Shown: one piece after another, positions 47,881 through 60,426 of the stretch
Numbering within the stretch: position 1 is the stretch's first letter
How the letters are laid out: each line of letters begins with the position of its first letter
Source of the DNA: Escherichia phage vB_EcoP_DE5
Strand: one strand, 5' to 3'
DNA length: 64,000 nucleotides
Sequence record: MW741821.1
The notes under the pieces: model-generated
Database searches by the model: none
Told to the model about the DNA's origin: nothing
The model's input: the letters and a program-made list of their open reading frames with translations, nothing else
Position numbers and translations under genes: made by a program

Positions 47881-48849
47881 ATGGGACTTTTCGGAGGCGG
47901 GGGTAGTAAAACTACTTCCCAAATGATTCGCCCTGAATACATTCAACAGTATATTGACCAGCTTAACCAACAGATTGGTAATACTAGTTCAGGGGATTAT
48001 GTTTATCGTGACAATGTAGGGTTTAATAACAATCAGACAGAGGCACTTAACAACCTAGCACAATCTGGCGCTCTAGGTACTCTCTCACAGCAGTATATGG
48101 ATGCAGCAGGTCAAGGCTTGGGTTATCTAGATAATGCCTATAAAGGTTATCAGAGCCTCTCTGGACAAGGTGGGATTACTGGAGAGCAGATTGGTGCTCT
48201 CGCTGGTCAACTGTATGATGATGACGCTGTGCAAGCAGCCATTACAGCTAATAATGAACAGGTTCAACAGAACTTGGCACGTAATGCTCTTCCTCAGTTA
48301 GCTCAACAGTTTGCTGGTCAACAAGGTTCAGGTGCTCGTATGGCTAAGTCTTTTGCCCAAGGTGATGCTCTGAATCAGATGCAAGGCCAAGCAACAGATA
48401 TTACCAATAGTGCCTATAACTCGGCTATTAGCCAAGCTGAAAGCATCCTCTCTGGTAATAGACAGAATCAGGCAGCTGCTCTCTCTGGTCTTTCTAATAT
48501 TGGTTCTAACCTTTCTAACCTAGGTCAGCAGGGTGCTAATTTGTCTCAACAGCAAATAATGAATCAATGGAATGCAGGGTTGCAGCAACAACAGCAACAA
48601 CAGAATGAATATGATAATGCCTACCAGAATGCTCAGAACGCAGCTAATTGGGGATGGCAAGATATCAATAACCAACTCGGTGCAGCAGGTGTACTTAACG
48701 GTGCTCTCGGACAAACTACAACTACTAAAACATCTGGTGGCAAAGGTGGTTTCCTTGGTGGAGCTATGAGTGGTGCAGCAGCTGGCTCTTCCTTTGGACC
48801 TTGGGGTGCATTAGCTGGGGGTGTAATCGGTGGGTTGGCTAGTACTTAA
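47881..48849 (+). CDS. Gln/Asn/Gly-rich internal virion protein
   Basis: Low-complexity composition similar to upstream ORF. Confidence 0.45.
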   Translation: MGLFGGGGSKTTSQMIRPEYIQQYIDQLNQQIGNTSSGDYVYRDNVGFNNNQTEALNNLAQSGALGTLSQQYMDAAGQGLGYLDNAYKGYQSLSGQGGITGEQIGALAGQLYDDDAVQAAITANNEQVQQNLARNALPQLAQQFAGQQGSGARMAKSFAQGDALNQMQGQATDITNSAYNSAISQAESILSGNRQNQAAALSGLSNIGSNLSNLGQQGANLSQQQIMNQWNAGLQQQQQQQNEYDNAYQNAQNAANWGWQDINNQLGAAGVLNGALGQTTTTKTSGGKGGFLGGAMSGAAAGSSFGPWGALAGGVIGGLAST

Positions 48850-48862
48850 TTAGGAGATAAAT

Positions 48863-50518
48863 ATGCAACAGACAACTTACGCTCAGGTCAGAAGTCGTGA
48901 CCCGAGAAATACTTTCTATGGTGTTAATCCGGGAGCGGCTTCGGCCTCTCCTTATATGGCTAGACCAACTCAGACAGCAGATATTTCTATGTATCAACGT
49001 CCTGCTGTACCTTCATCTCTTGCGGGTCTTGTCTCTCAGGCAGAAGAAGATCAGAATGCTATGGTTAATCCGGGATTCCAGCAACGTCTTATGGAACAGC
49101 AGAATCAAGGGACTCCTACCAGTCTTCAGGGTATTGATATTGGAGCACCGGCCCCTGTAGCGTCTAACCCTAACCTATCCACTGATCAAGGTTTACAGGA
49201 TGCTGGGCTTATGCCTAGTGACCCTCTTCCGGTAACACCTCCTACTAAACCGTTAGAAGCTGGTCCTATGGAGTTTACTCCTTCTCAGGTGGAACAGGCA
49301 CAAGGTGTGATTAATACTCTTGCTCAAGGACAAGATACTGGTGATGGAATGGCTGCTGCTACTCGTGCTAAAGATCAGGAACGTGTTAACAATGATATCT
49401 TGCAAGTTGCTAAAGCTAAAGACCCTTCAGAAGCTTGGAACAAATTACAGAAAGAACCGTTCTATCAGAACTCTAGTTTCTACACAGGTTTGATGGGTGT
49501 AGGTCTTTCCATTATGTCAGGTAAGTCTCCTATTGAAGCTTTCCAGATTGGTCAGGGAATGGCTAATCAAGATGAGACTAAGAAGCAACTGGAAGCTAAC
49601 CGTGATGCTCTGATTGAACAAGGCTTCTCTCAAGACTCGATTGCAGCTGCTATTGCTAACGGAGACCCATCTCTACTGAAGATGAGAGCTGTAGACCCTG
49701 CTCAGAAAGAAGCGTTGTATGCTGCTCGTGAAGAACGACAAAATGCTGAATGGGATAGACGTCAACAGATTCAAGAGCAAACTATGCGTGAGCGTGCTGA
49801 TGAAACTCGTCGTGCCGCTGAAGAAAGAGCTAACATGAACTTTGAACGTCAGAAAGAGTTGATTGGTTATCGTGATAAGGTTAAGGCTGAACGTGCTGAA
49901 CAAGCTGCTCAGAGTTTTAACTTTAACCCGAAAGAAGTTCGTCTTGCTCAGAATACAGCTGAAGGTACGGTTGCTAAGCAGTGGGCAGAGAAAGGTGGCC
50001 TGTTTAACCAGTCTAACAAAGACTTGGATTTGGCTGATAAGGCTGTTAAGGATAAAGACTATCAGACAGCTCGTTCTGCTTACATGCAGGCTATCATGAA
50101 CTCCGCAAGGGCTGAAATCGGTGCTACTCGTTCTCTTACCGAAGAAGACTTGGGGCACTTTGCAGAAGACCCATCAATCTTCATTCGTGTTGGCAACAAG
50201 TTTGCACTGAAATCTGGATGGCGTCCTACTGATTCTGCTCTTGCTTATGCTCGTAAGCAAGCTAACGTTGGTCACACCTCTGCAATGAAAGGTGTTGCTG
50301 ATGCTAAGAGAGCTACGATTGAAGCTTACATCGGTTCTGGTATGGATAAGAAGAGAGCTACTGCATTGGTTAACCGTGCAATCCCTTCTGGTGGTTTCTA
50401 TGACCCTCTAGGTGTTTTCTCTGAACAAGCAGAAGAAGCAGTTGGTGGTGCAGCAACCAATCCTAAGCTCAATGGTGCTTTATCAGCTGTCGAAGACACT
50501 AGCTGGTTTACTCAATAA
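48863..50518 (+). CDS. internal virion protein (551 aa)
   Basis: ORF in late operon. Confidence 0.45.
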   Translation: MQQTTYAQVRSRDPRNTFYGVNPGAASASPYMARPTQTADISMYQRPAVPSSLAGLVSQAEEDQNAMVNPGFQQRLMEQQNQGTPTSLQGIDIGAPAPVASNPNLSTDQGLQDAGLMPSDPLPVTPPTKPLEAGPMEFTPSQVEQAQGVINTLAQGQDTGDGMAAATRAKDQERVNNDILQVAKAKDPSEAWNKLQKEPFYQNSSFYTGLMGVGLSIMSGKSPIEAFQIGQGMANQDETKKQLEANRDALIEQGFSQDSIAAAIANGDPSLLKMRAVDPAQKEALYAAREERQNAEWDRRQQIQEQTMRERADETRRAAEERANMNFERQKELIGYRDKVKAERAEQAAQSFNFNPKEVRLAQNTAEGTVAKQWAEKGGLFNQSNKDLDLADKAVKDKDYQTARSAYMQAIMNSARAEIGATRSLTEEDLGHFAEDPSIFIRVGNKFALKSGWRPTDSALAYARKQANVGHTSAMKGVADAKRATIEAYIGSGMDKKRATALVNRAIPSGGFYDPLGVFSEQAEEAVGGAATNPKLNGALSAVEDTSWFTQ

Positions 50519-50538
50519 GACCTAAGTCCTGCCTTCTA

Positions 50539-50547
50539 TAATGTATA
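50539..50547 (+). promoter_or_regulatory. TAATGTATA promoter-like motif
   Basis: Exact motif 39 nt upstream of ATG 50586. Confidence 0.5.
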
Positions 50548-50585
50548 TAGGGGGTAGGACATTTTTATTTATAAAAGGAGACGTT

Positions 50586-53500
50586 ATGGCTAACATTAAA
50601 CCGTGGGAAGAAGCTTCCAAAGCTCCTGCGTATCTGAATGCCTCTCCGGAGCAACAAGCTCAAATGAGAGAACAATATAAGGCAGCAGGTGGCTCTATTC
50701 CTGAGGAACAGCCAGTAGCACAACCACAACAAGAAGAACGTGGTGCTATAGGTGAGTTTGCTCAAGGTGTGTCAAATGCTCTTCAATCTGGTGGTGCAAA
50801 TATTGCAGCTAGTGCTGCTAAAGGTATTGGTGGTTTAGTTGAGATTGGTGAGAATCTAGCTGGAGCACAAACTAGTTATGGTAAGCGTATCCAAGAGAAC
50901 TCTCAGAATCTTCTGAAAGAACGTATGGATAAGATTGAGGATGGGATTGGTAAAACTGTAGGTCAGTATGCTGGCGTTGCTGGTGATATTGGTATGACTG
51001 TTGCTAACCCATTGGCTGCTGCTGCTATCATCGCAGGTCGTGAGACAGGTCGTGCATATGCAGACCAAACCCCTGAAGAGGGGGAAGATAAATCTATTCT
51101 AGATGCAGCCTTAGTTGGTGGTGCTAACTATGCGGCTCAGAGAATCCTTCCGGGCGCTGTTGGTACAGCTGAGTCCACACTTGGACGTATTGGTCAGAAC
51201 GTTGCTACTAACGCAGTGGCTGGTGCTAAAGGTGGCGCTCTTGTAGGTGCTGCTGAAGCTCAGAACAAGCATGGAGATGATACAACCTTTGCTGATGTAT
51301 TAGAAGGTGCTATCGAAGAAGGTGCTATGGGTGCTGCATTCGGTGGTGCAGTTGGTGGGGTTCATGGTTTGATTAGCCGTCCGGATTCTACTGTCTTCAA
51401 GAACACTCCAGAGTATGCGAAGACTGATATTGCTGCTGATGATGAACTAATTCGTAGTGCTAAGAATATTGATGAACTGAAAGAAGCTTACTCTAAAGCT
51501 GAAACTGCTAACGCTGCTTCTGCTCTGAACCTTCTGGATGAGAATGGATTCCGTATTACAGATGCTGTTGCTGTAGACTCTCCTGCTGCTCAGCGTATTC
51601 TTAATACTGACCAAGCTCGTGCTGAGAAAGCTGCTTCCGTTCAGAAAGAACATTCCAACATTCCGGGCCTCAACCCTTTAGCTTCTCCTGCTAAGACTCG
51701 TGGTAAAGCATTCGCTGATAACGAGCACAACCAGAAGCAGGCTGTTGCTATGAAGGATGCAATGGCTGACTACACCAAAGACAACACGAAAGCTCTTACA
51801 GATGTTCTAGATAATCTAGATCGTGAATTAACCTCTCTCCGAGCTTCTGGTGATTTTACTGGTAGTCCGATTGATATTAAGAACCGTACACAAGCCGACC
51901 GTGATTTCATTGATGCTTACAAGACTTTCTACAATGAAGCAAATCGATTCAAAGCTCGTGATGGTGAAGACTTTAATAACTTTGTAGAGAAAGCTGCTGA
52001 ACTACAGAAGATGGCTGATAATGTTTCTCCAGAGATGAAGAAAGCTATCGGTGGGTTGAAGAAACTGAAAGGCATGCCTGAAGGTTTTAATCCTATCCAA
52101 GATGCTTACACTCTGAACAATACGGCTAAGTTTATGAGTAACCAAGATCGTGGTTGGACTTCCCTGACTGATGATGGATTCCGTGAGGCTTCTTCACCTA
52201 GTCTGGTAATGAACACTCTCGGTGCTGCTAAGTATGCTCTGAATCGCTTCTCTTCTCAGCGTGCTCGCTCTCAACGTGTTAAGCAACAAGAATCTAACAG
52301 TGAAGCTATCCGCTCTCTAGCTCGCGGTGATTTGGAAGTTGCTCGTGCTAAGTCGACTGCTGATGAAGCTCGTGCTAAGATGGAAGAAGAACCAGTTGTT
52401 GATGACGTTAAATTTAAGACGCAAAATGACGCGGAAACCGAACCGGTTCGGGAACCTTCTTCTAGTACTGTGATAGAAGAAAATCTTCCTTCTTCTACTC
52501 CTCAAGAAACTCCTCTTACAGCTCGTGATTTAGTTGCGCAAAGACGTGCTATCCGTCAGGCTGAACAGCGTCGCGCTGAAGAAGAGGCAGCTGCTGCTCA
52601 AGAAGCTCCAGTCGAACAAGCTCCACAGGCTGAACCTCTCCCTGCTCGTAACCCTTTAGAGGAGCGTCGTGCAATGGAACAGCAACGTGCTCAAGAAGAG
52701 GCCGCACAGGCTCCAGAACCCACTGTAGAGGAACCAACAGTCAAAGCTGAGCCATTACCTGCCCGTGCTCCTAAAGCTCCTAAGGAAGCTGTACAGGACG
52801 TTAAACCGGCAAGTGGTGTAGAACGTTTAGCTGCTATGTCTAGTGCTGCTCGTCAGGCTACTAAAGATCGTGCAGAACGTTTTGCTCGTTCTCTGTACTC
52901 TAAGGCTGCTAAGGCTAAAGCTACTGCTGAAAACTTCTTGGCTTATAAAGGTGACCCCAAGGAATTGATGCGTCGTATTCGTCAGGAAGATAATGCTATC
53001 AACACGGAACGTCATGAAGAAATGGCTCGTAACCAGCTGGCTTCTCAGCAAGGTATTGCTACTGCTAAGAACAACACTGTACGAACTAATTTTGCTGAAT
53101 GGGTTAAGGAACGTGGTCTGCCAGAAGACATTGCTACTAAGGCATTACGTGCTGAAGAGAAAGGTTTAGGTGGGAACGTAACTAACTTGGATAGTCTGAA
53201 ACGTCGTGCTGAAAGGTTGTATCAGAAGCAGCGTGAGGATGAGTTTGATAGACTGTATCAACAAGCTCTAGAAGAGAACAAAGCTTTCGATAAGAAAGAT
53301 GCTCCTAAACTGGTTGACCAGAAGAAAGAGCTTCAGTCTGAGATTGATGCTTTGATTGATTCAGAACCTTTACGTCCTGCTCAGAAAGATGCTATGCGTA
53401 AGCTGATGAATGACTTTGTAGATGGGAAGTTTAAATCTTCAGAGAAGGCTGGTAGGGAAGAGGCTTTGGAAGTTGGTCAGATGAAGGATATTTGGGATGG

Positions 53501-55007
53501 GTTTATTAACACCTATAACAGAGAAGTGAATACCTTCAACAAAGCTAACAAGAACTCTCAGTACGAAGCTGCTGCTAAGCATTTACAGGCTCGTGAAGAA
53601 CGTCTTGCTACACTCAGGAAAAAGGCTCAGGCTCGTTCGGATGCTAAAGCTGCTGTTGAGAATGAACGTAAAACTCTAGAGGCTATTGCAGCTCAGAAGA
53701 GTGAGATTGAGAAGATGATGGAAGGTTTACCTAAACCTGTTCGTGAGGCTCAGGAATCTCGTACATTGAAACAGTTGGCTGCTCACCACGATAAGAACTC
53801 TCCAGTTCCTCCAGAGAAGTTCCGTAGTTACATTGAACGTATCCATAACGCCGAGTCAGACTACCTTGATCGTCAGCGTCGTTTAACTGATGCAGAGGAA
53901 GATGCTCGTCAGGCTAAGTGGAACAAGATGTATGAGCAAGCGGAAGAGATGAACCGCAAGTTTGATGTGGACAAGAGAGTTAAGCGCAGTGAAGAGCTTA
54001 AAGCGGCCCAAGAGCGTGAGAATGATCTTATGGCAGTACAACGTCAACGTGATGACATTCATCGCCGCCTGATGCGTACTATGGAAGATAAGGGCATATC
54101 TAGAGAGGATGCTGAAGCGTTTGCTGGTTCCTATATGGACAACCGTTATGCACTTCTTGAGAAACCTATGACTCCTACTGAACATCAGAATGCTCGTTCT
54201 CGTATCGAAGCTGATGTTGAGAAGTTCGCTAAGAAGTACGAATCAATGACTCCTATTGAGAAAGAGATTGTTAAGGTTACTGGAGATACTGAAGGTAAGC
54301 TTGATAGCTTGGATTCAGATACTAGGAAGGCTATTGAGGAGGCTCAGAAGGTTGACTCTGATATTAAGAAACTGCAAGAGGAAGAGTTGGAGATGGAGAA
54401 GATTCGTTCTGCTCTGCCTGATGATGAAAGATCTCAAGCAAATTCTGATATCTTGGAAAGCATTAAACAACAGGAAGAGGTCTTTGCTGATAAAGTAGAG
54501 AAAGCTTTCTTGAGTGGGAAGAGCTTGGATGAGTTGGCTAGTGTGGCTGAAGTTTTAGACAGGGTTCATGGTGCAGATAAGGCTGGTAACAACCGTCGCT
54601 TTGTACGTGCATTGCAGACTGCTGCTGAAAACAAGAAGAGGTATGGTGATAATCCAGTAGCTTGGTTTAGTGCTGATGATTACTCTGCCATTGCTAAACT
54701 TGGTGCTTCTTCCGCAGGTGGTAACAAATCCAGAGCACTGGAGAAGATCTTTGGTTCTACAGCTGAACAGGCTAAGAGTAAGTTGCTTGGTAGGGATGAT
54801 GTAGCGAAGATGAGGCGTGTAATTGAAGAGAACCCTGATATTAAGATTCCTTCTTACAAGACAACGAATCGTACTGAGTACTTACAGTTCTTGGAGAAGT
54901 TTAATGACGAAGGGAAGCCTAAGATTAAACGTGGCTCATTGTCAGAGAAGCTTGAACGCAGTAAGCGTCAATCGAGACTCCGTGTAAGAGTTCGACCTAA
55001 GGAGTGA
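50586..55007 (+). CDS. giant internal/ejection-type protein (about 1473 aa)
   Basis: AAGGAG RBS before ATG 50586; long Ala/Glu/Lys/Arg-rich coiled-coil regions; last gene of late operon. Confidence 0.55.
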   Translation: MANIKPWEEASKAPAYLNASPEQQAQMREQYKAAGGSIPEEQPVAQPQQEERGAIGEFAQGVSNALQSGGANIAASAAKGIGGLVEIGENLAGAQTSYGKRIQENSQNLLKERMDKIEDGIGKTVGQYAGVAGDIGMTVANPLAAAAIIAGRETGRAYADQTPEEGEDKSILDAALVGGANYAAQRILPGAVGTAESTLGRIGQNVATNAVAGAKGGALVGAAEAQNKHGDDTTFADVLEGAIEEGAMGAAFGGAVGGVHGLISRPDSTVFKNTPEYAKTDIAADDELIRSAKNIDELKEAYSKAETANAASALNLLDENGFRITDAVAVDSPAAQRILNTDQARAEKAASVQKEHSNIPGLNPLASPAKTRGKAFADNEHNQKQAVAMKDAMADYTKDNTKALTDVLDNLDRELTSLRASGDFTGSPIDIKNRTQADRDFIDAYKTFYNEANRFKARDGEDFNNFVEKAAELQKMADNVSPEMKKAIGGLKKLKGMPEGFNPIQDAYTLNNTAKFMSNQDRGWTSLTDDGFREASSPSLVMNTLGAAKYALNRFSSQRARSQRVKQQESNSEAIRSLARGDLEVARAKSTADEARAKMEEEPVVDDVKFKTQNDAETEPVREPSSSTVIEENLPSSTPQETPLTARDLVAQRRAIRQAEQRRAEEEAAAAQEAPVEQAPQAEPLPARNPLEERRAMEQQRAQEEAAQAPEPTVEEPTVKAEPLPARAPKAPKEAVQDVKPASGVERLAAMSSAARQATKDRAERFARSLYSKAAKAKATAENFLAYKGDPKELMRRIRQEDNAINTERHEEMARNQLASQQGIATAKNNTVRTNFAEWVKERGLPEDIATKALRAEEKGLGGNVTNLDSLKRRAERLYQKQREDEFDRLYQQALEENKAFDKKDAPKLVDQKKELQSEIDALIDSEPLRPAQKDAMRKLMNDFVDGKFKSSEKAGREEALEVGQMKDIWDGFINTYNREVNTFNKANKNSQYEAAAKHLQAREERLATLRKKAQARSDAKAAVENERKTLEAIAAQKSEIEKMMEGLPKPVREAQESRTLKQLAAHHDKNSPVPPEKFRSYIERIHNAESDYLDRQRRLTDAEEDARQAKWNKMYEQAEEMNRKFDVDKRVKRSEELKAAQERENDLMAVQRQRDDIHRRLMRTMEDKGISREDAEAFAGSYMDNRYALLEKPMTPTEHQNARSRIEADVEKFAKKYESMTPIEKEIVKVTGDTEGKLDSLDSDTRKAIEEAQKVDSDIKKLQEEELEMEKIRSALPDDERSQANSDILESIKQQEEVFADKVEKAFLSGKSLDELASVAEVLDRVHGADKAGNNRRFVRALQTAAENKKRYGDNPVAWFSADDYSAIAKLGASSAGGNKSRALEKIFGSTAEQAKSKLLGRDDVAKMRRVIEENPDIKIPSYKTTNRTEYLQFLEKFNDEGKPKIKRGSLSEKLERSKRQSRLRVRVRPKE

Positions 55008-55014
55008 TAAAAGA

Positions 55015-55049
55015 AAAGCCCCAACCGAAAGGAAGGGGCTTTATTTGTT
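55015..55049 (+). terminator. intrinsic terminator ending late operon
   Basis: AAGCCCC...GGGGCTT stem followed by TTTATTTGTTT. Confidence 0.65.
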
Positions 55050-55366
55050 TCTAAGTTTTAAAAACCATCAAATTCGTCATACATCCCAATTCTCTTCAGA
55101 AGTCTGGATGTTCATCTTCAAAGCATCCTGAGATGCCTCCGTAGAACCAATCCGATTTACTGCCAAGAATAACAACTTCTTCATTCATACACCCTCCTAG
55201 ATTGCGTTTATAAAATTAGTAAGTTTCTCTTCACTTTCATCAAAAGCTTTTCCAGCTGCTTCCATCTCCCAAGTATCGGCATTATCAATAAAGCTCTGAG
55301 CTTCTAATAGATCGTGGATTAAGTCGAAGAGTTTATTTTTATCTGCTTGTGTGATCATGTCAGTTC

Positions 55367-55594
55367 CTAGATTAAATCGTAATACTGAATAATGTCAGAG
55401 AGTTTGAACTCTCGAATCTCATCTTTCTCTACATCTATCGCTGTCATAATCCAACAAGGTTTGCCACCGTTATGAAAACGGGAGCTAGCAACGGAGGTTC
55501 GGAGTGGAATAACGGACCGGTCAGCAACCTCGCCTCTCCAATTGCGATAGCGAAAGCGAAGCACTTGTTGCGTAGATTTTTGATCATCACTCAT
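55367..55594 (-). CDS. hypothetical small protein
   Basis: ORF; start chosen at internal Met (MSDDQ) to avoid overlap with HNH gene. Confidence 0.3.
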   Translation of the reverse strand: MSDDQKSTQQVLRFRYRNWRGEVADRSVIPLRTSVASSRFHNGGKPCWIMTAIDVEKDEIREFKLSDIIQYYDLI

Positions 55595-55988
55595 TTCCTT
55601 TTTTGAATTGTTTTCTTGCATCATTCTCTTCTTTTGTTTTAATCTTATGACAAGGGTCTTTACACAGAACCTGAAAACCTTCTTTCTCACACAGAGCACG
55701 AGAGATGATTTCATCCCAAGTTGCTTCATGGTCAAGAGGAACTATAGGCTCTATGTGGTCAATAGCCATATCCTTTACAGGGTGGTCAGAACCACACATG
55801 GCGCACTTAAAGTGCATTGCCAGTCTGCCTGTCTTTGGATTAATCTTTTGCTCTGTCTTGGCGTCTGCTAGTGCATCGAACATTGGCTTCCACTTTCTAG
55901 TCAGAGAACGAATCCCTGACTTGATGAAAGAGTTGTAACGAGCTTCAGTCCACATTCCAGAGCATCTAGTCTTCTCAGCCTTCGCCAT
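55587..55988 (-). CDS. HNH endonuclease
   Basis: HFKCAMCG...IDHIEP...LCKDPCH pattern (Cys pairs, DH, invariant His). Confidence 0.55.
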   Translation of the reverse strand: MAKAEKTRCSGMWTEARYNSFIKSGIRSLTRKWKPMFDALADAKTEQKINPKTGRLAMHFKCAMCGSDHPVKDMAIDHIEPIVPLDHEATWDEIISRALCEKEGFQVLCKDPCHKIKTKEENDARKQFKKGNE

Positions 55989-56176
55989 AACCTACACTCA
56001 TATCATCTTCTTCCCATACACGTTTATCTACTCGGTGTGATACTTTTTCACGTTTTTCTTTAATATAGCGGTTGCCTAATTCGTGGCTATATTTAATACG
56101 CTGCTCTTTACGAGATTCGCGGTTGGAGGAGTTTTCATCATATGAACGATAATCAAATTTACCCATTATAATATCC

Positions 56177-56689
56177 TTATTTTATCCAGTCTCTTTCTAT
56201 ATATGAGGTTGTGAGCTTATATCTCTCTGCTTCAGGTGAGAAGATGACTATCACACTTCCTTTAGTGTTACCACTAACACTTTGCTGTGTATCTGCTCTT
56301 GTGAAACTCACACGACCACCTGTTATGAAAACAATCTCATCAGCATGGTTTATACACTTAGTAAACCACTTAACAGAAGTATCAGCTGGCAGCAATAAAA
56401 CTGTACCAACTTTAAGTTTCTTGTTTTTAATTGCCAAGTCAATCCAAGGAGTTATGTCTGAATATGGAGGATTACACCAAGTGTAAGTGTTTCTGAACTC
56501 AGAGAAATCATAAGTTAAAGAATCCATTTCCTCTGTTATATATTTTTCTAGTAGATGATTCTTGTCACTAGACGCTATATCGCAGGAGAATTCAAACCTT
56601 GTGTTAAAGAAATCAAACAGCCATTTAGGAGTTTGCCATAAATCTCTAATGTCTTCTGGGGTATTACTAGATCTATAATCTGTTACCAT
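56177..56689 (-). CDS. DNA N6-adenine methyltransferase (phage Dam-type)
   Basis: Catalytic NPPY motif in YTWCNPPYSD context. Confidence 0.7.
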   Translation of the reverse strand: MVTDYRSSNTPEDIRDLWQTPKWLFDFFNTRFEFSCDIASSDKNHLLEKYITEEMDSLTYDFSEFRNTYTWCNPPYSDITPWIDLAIKNKKLKVGTVLLLPADTSVKWFTKCINHADEIVFITGGRVSFTRADTQQSVSGNTKGSVIVIFSPEAERYKLTTSYIERDWIK

Positions 56690-57525
56690 TCTCTATCCAA
56701 CCATGTCCAATCAAATAAATCTTCCGGAGTCTGACCAACAAAGAGCAGCCTAGCATTCTCAAGCATCTTCTCTTCATCTTCAGTATCGAACTTCTTATAA
56801 TATTCCATTCGTACTATATGATACATGGTCCACTTATCTGTAACATCAGCTAGTAATTTAGCTGCTGCCTTCTTCCCTATACCTTGACGTCGAAGCTGAA
56901 GTTTACCACCCCACATAACCTCTTTACGTTCCCCACATCCGGGGATATTATCTGTACCATCTCCAATCAACATCTGATAGAAGAAGTTTTGCCATGAAAC
57001 TAAATCAGATACATAGTGAGGAGGAACTTCTTTCTGTCTTTCTCCACAAGCCCAACGGTAGTGCCATCCGGGAGTTATCAACAAATCCTTGTCTCTAGTA
57101 CAGATGATAGTGTTCTTATCCCTACGTTGCCTTTCAGCTAGTGCATCATCAGCCTCTCTCCCAAATACATCTATGTATTCATATTTACCTTTAATATAAT
57201 CACCAACATTTTGCCAGTGAAAAGGTCTCTCTCCGGGAGGTCTATTTGCTTTATAGTCTTGCTGCTTAGCAACATCAAAACGGAAGTTACCACCTTCGCT
57301 GAAGTAGAACACAACCTTGCTGCAACCTGAGCGAGCAATGATTGTATCTATCTTGTACTGAAGTCGTTCAATCATGAAATTGTAATCAACTGGAACACGT
57401 CCTGTGTCAAGAAAGGGATGCTCCTGAGTAAGAGCACCCACTTCATATCGAAGAACGTCAGCATCCACTATAGCAACTTCAGGGAGCTTAACTTCTTCCA
57501 TAAATATCATCCTGAGCTTGTGCAA
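56683..57525 (-). CDS. 5'-3' exonuclease / flap endonuclease (RNase H-like)
   Basis: IGDGTDNIPGCG motif characteristic of phage 5'-3' exonucleases. Confidence 0.6.
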   Translation of the reverse strand: MHKLRMIFMEEVKLPEVAIVDADVLRYEVGALTQEHPFLDTGRVPVDYNFMIERLQYKIDTIIARSGCSKVVFYFSEGGNFRFDVAKQQDYKANRPPGERPFHWQNVGDYIKGKYEYIDVFGREADDALAERQRRDKNTIICTRDKDLLITPGWHYRWACGERQKEVPPHYVSDLVSWQNFFYQMLIGDGTDNIPGCGERKEVMWGGKLQLRRQGIGKKAAAKLLADVTDKWTMYHIVRMEYYKKFDTEDEEKMLENARLLFVGQTPEDLFDWTWLDREW

Positions 57526-58377
57526 TAATCCAATCTAGATCTGATACTGCTGATTCAATAGTTGAGTCATTAAACAGTAGATATGTTTTTCTCTGTTCGC
57601 CTTCAATATATGAGCGAGAGTCTCCATCAAAAGAGCAACCATCTCTAAGAACTTGGACAACTTGGACATGGAAATTCTTTTCTAGTTCTCGTACCTCTGC
57701 ATCAAAACCTCCGTCAGTAAACACGACAATATCATCCTGACCTAGCCCTTCTTGTTTGATGCTTTTTACAGCAAGATCCCCCATATGATTGTTGCCAAAC
57801 ATAGGTTTTAAGAAGTCTTCACTTGTAGAAATCATCAAATCTCTTACAGACTTCCCTCCCCATTCTGGTCTAGGTTTTTCTTTCCATTCACGGTCTTCAT
57901 AGCGTGCTAGAAAGTTTTCTAGAGGTATGCCTAGTGCAGCAGCAGCTACCTTGTACATTGGCTCCTTGAAGGATTTGGTTGAATAATTGTGATGGTATGA
58001 ATGGGCATTAACCCAAGCATTGGCTATCGTATCTTTACCACAACCCGGAGGCCCATTAAGAATTACTACTAAAGGCTTATAATGGGAATCTCCCACCATA
58101 TTGGTCAGTGCTGGATTGCCTTGAGATTCCATTTCTAATTGCTCCGTGTGGTCATGTGAGTAGTCTATTGGAGAAGTTTTGTTACCAGTAACTTTAGGTA
58201 AAATCGCTCTAGTTGTTTCTACGTATTTACCGCCATCAATATTGATTTGAAACTCTACAAGCTCATTCTGTAACTCATATCCTGATAAGTTGGATAGCTC
58301 CTCCAACTCATCTCTGACGAAATTTAAATGTTTGATTTTAATTGCAAGAGCTTTCTTTAAAGCTTTTACCTCTTCAT

Positions 58378-58387
<10 letters not shown>
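57488..58387 (-). CDS. P-loop nucleotide/nucleoside kinase-like protein (start probably internal)
   Basis: Walker A LVVILNGPPGCGKDT. Confidence 0.5.
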
Positions 58388-59873
<1,486 letters not shown>

Positions 59874-59874
<1 letters not shown>

Positions 59875-60233
59875 TATTCTATTCCACGCTCTTTCAGAGC
59901 TTCTAACAATCCATTGTGATTAGCAGCACATTCTGTGTACTGGTCCTGATACCACTCCAACGTAGTGGCTAGTGCTTTTCCTTGAGCACTTTCTAAAAGA
60001 GGTAGGTCAACCCTACATTCAGCTTTTAGGTTTGTTGGTAAGGGCATTGATTGCCTGCTGTTGTCGCTCATTGAACAAGCTGACATACTCATCACTAGCG
60101 CAGACATTATAAAAAACTGGTTTAGTTTTCTCATAATGCATCTCTTTATAAACGGTTTCCGTGTTCTTCTTCCAGTTAGATAAACCGGTAAGAACTCTCT
60201 GAGCAACTTCATCAGCTGCCCTACTTCTTTCAA
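59874..60233 (-). CDS. putative o-spanin (outer-membrane lipoprotein), start probably internal
   Basis: Internal Met followed by signal and lipobox-like MSAC; gene begins inside the i-spanin ORF in another frame. Confidence 0.4.
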
Positions 60234-60393
60234 TCTCTAACTCTTGTTGATGCTTTTCTTTATCCAGATTGTTACTGTCTGTTCTGTACTCATTAAACTT
60301 CATGCCACCAAAGAATACAAGAGCTGAAAAGATAACAAATCCTAGATTATCACTTAAAGTGCTTTGCATATTGACTCCAACGAAAAAAGCCAC
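60019..60393 (-). CDS. putative i-spanin
   Basis: N-terminal TM segment LGFVIFSALVFFGG then coiled-coil periplasmic domain; overlapped by lipoprotein ORF. Confidence 0.45.
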   Translation of the reverse strand: MAFFVGVNMQSTLSDNLGFVIFSALVFFGGMKFNEYRTDSNNLDKEKHQQELEIERSRAADEVAQRVLTGLSNWKKNTETVYKEMHYEKTKPVFYNVCASDEYVSLFNERQQQAINALTNKPKS

Positions 60394-60395
60394 CC
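60373..60395 (-). terminator. intrinsic terminator after SSB gene
   Basis: AGCCACC-UCCG-GGUGGCU hairpin followed by six U on minus strand. Confidence 0.6.
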
Positions 60396-60426
60396 GGAGG
60401 TGGCTAAGCTATAACAAGGAGAGTTA

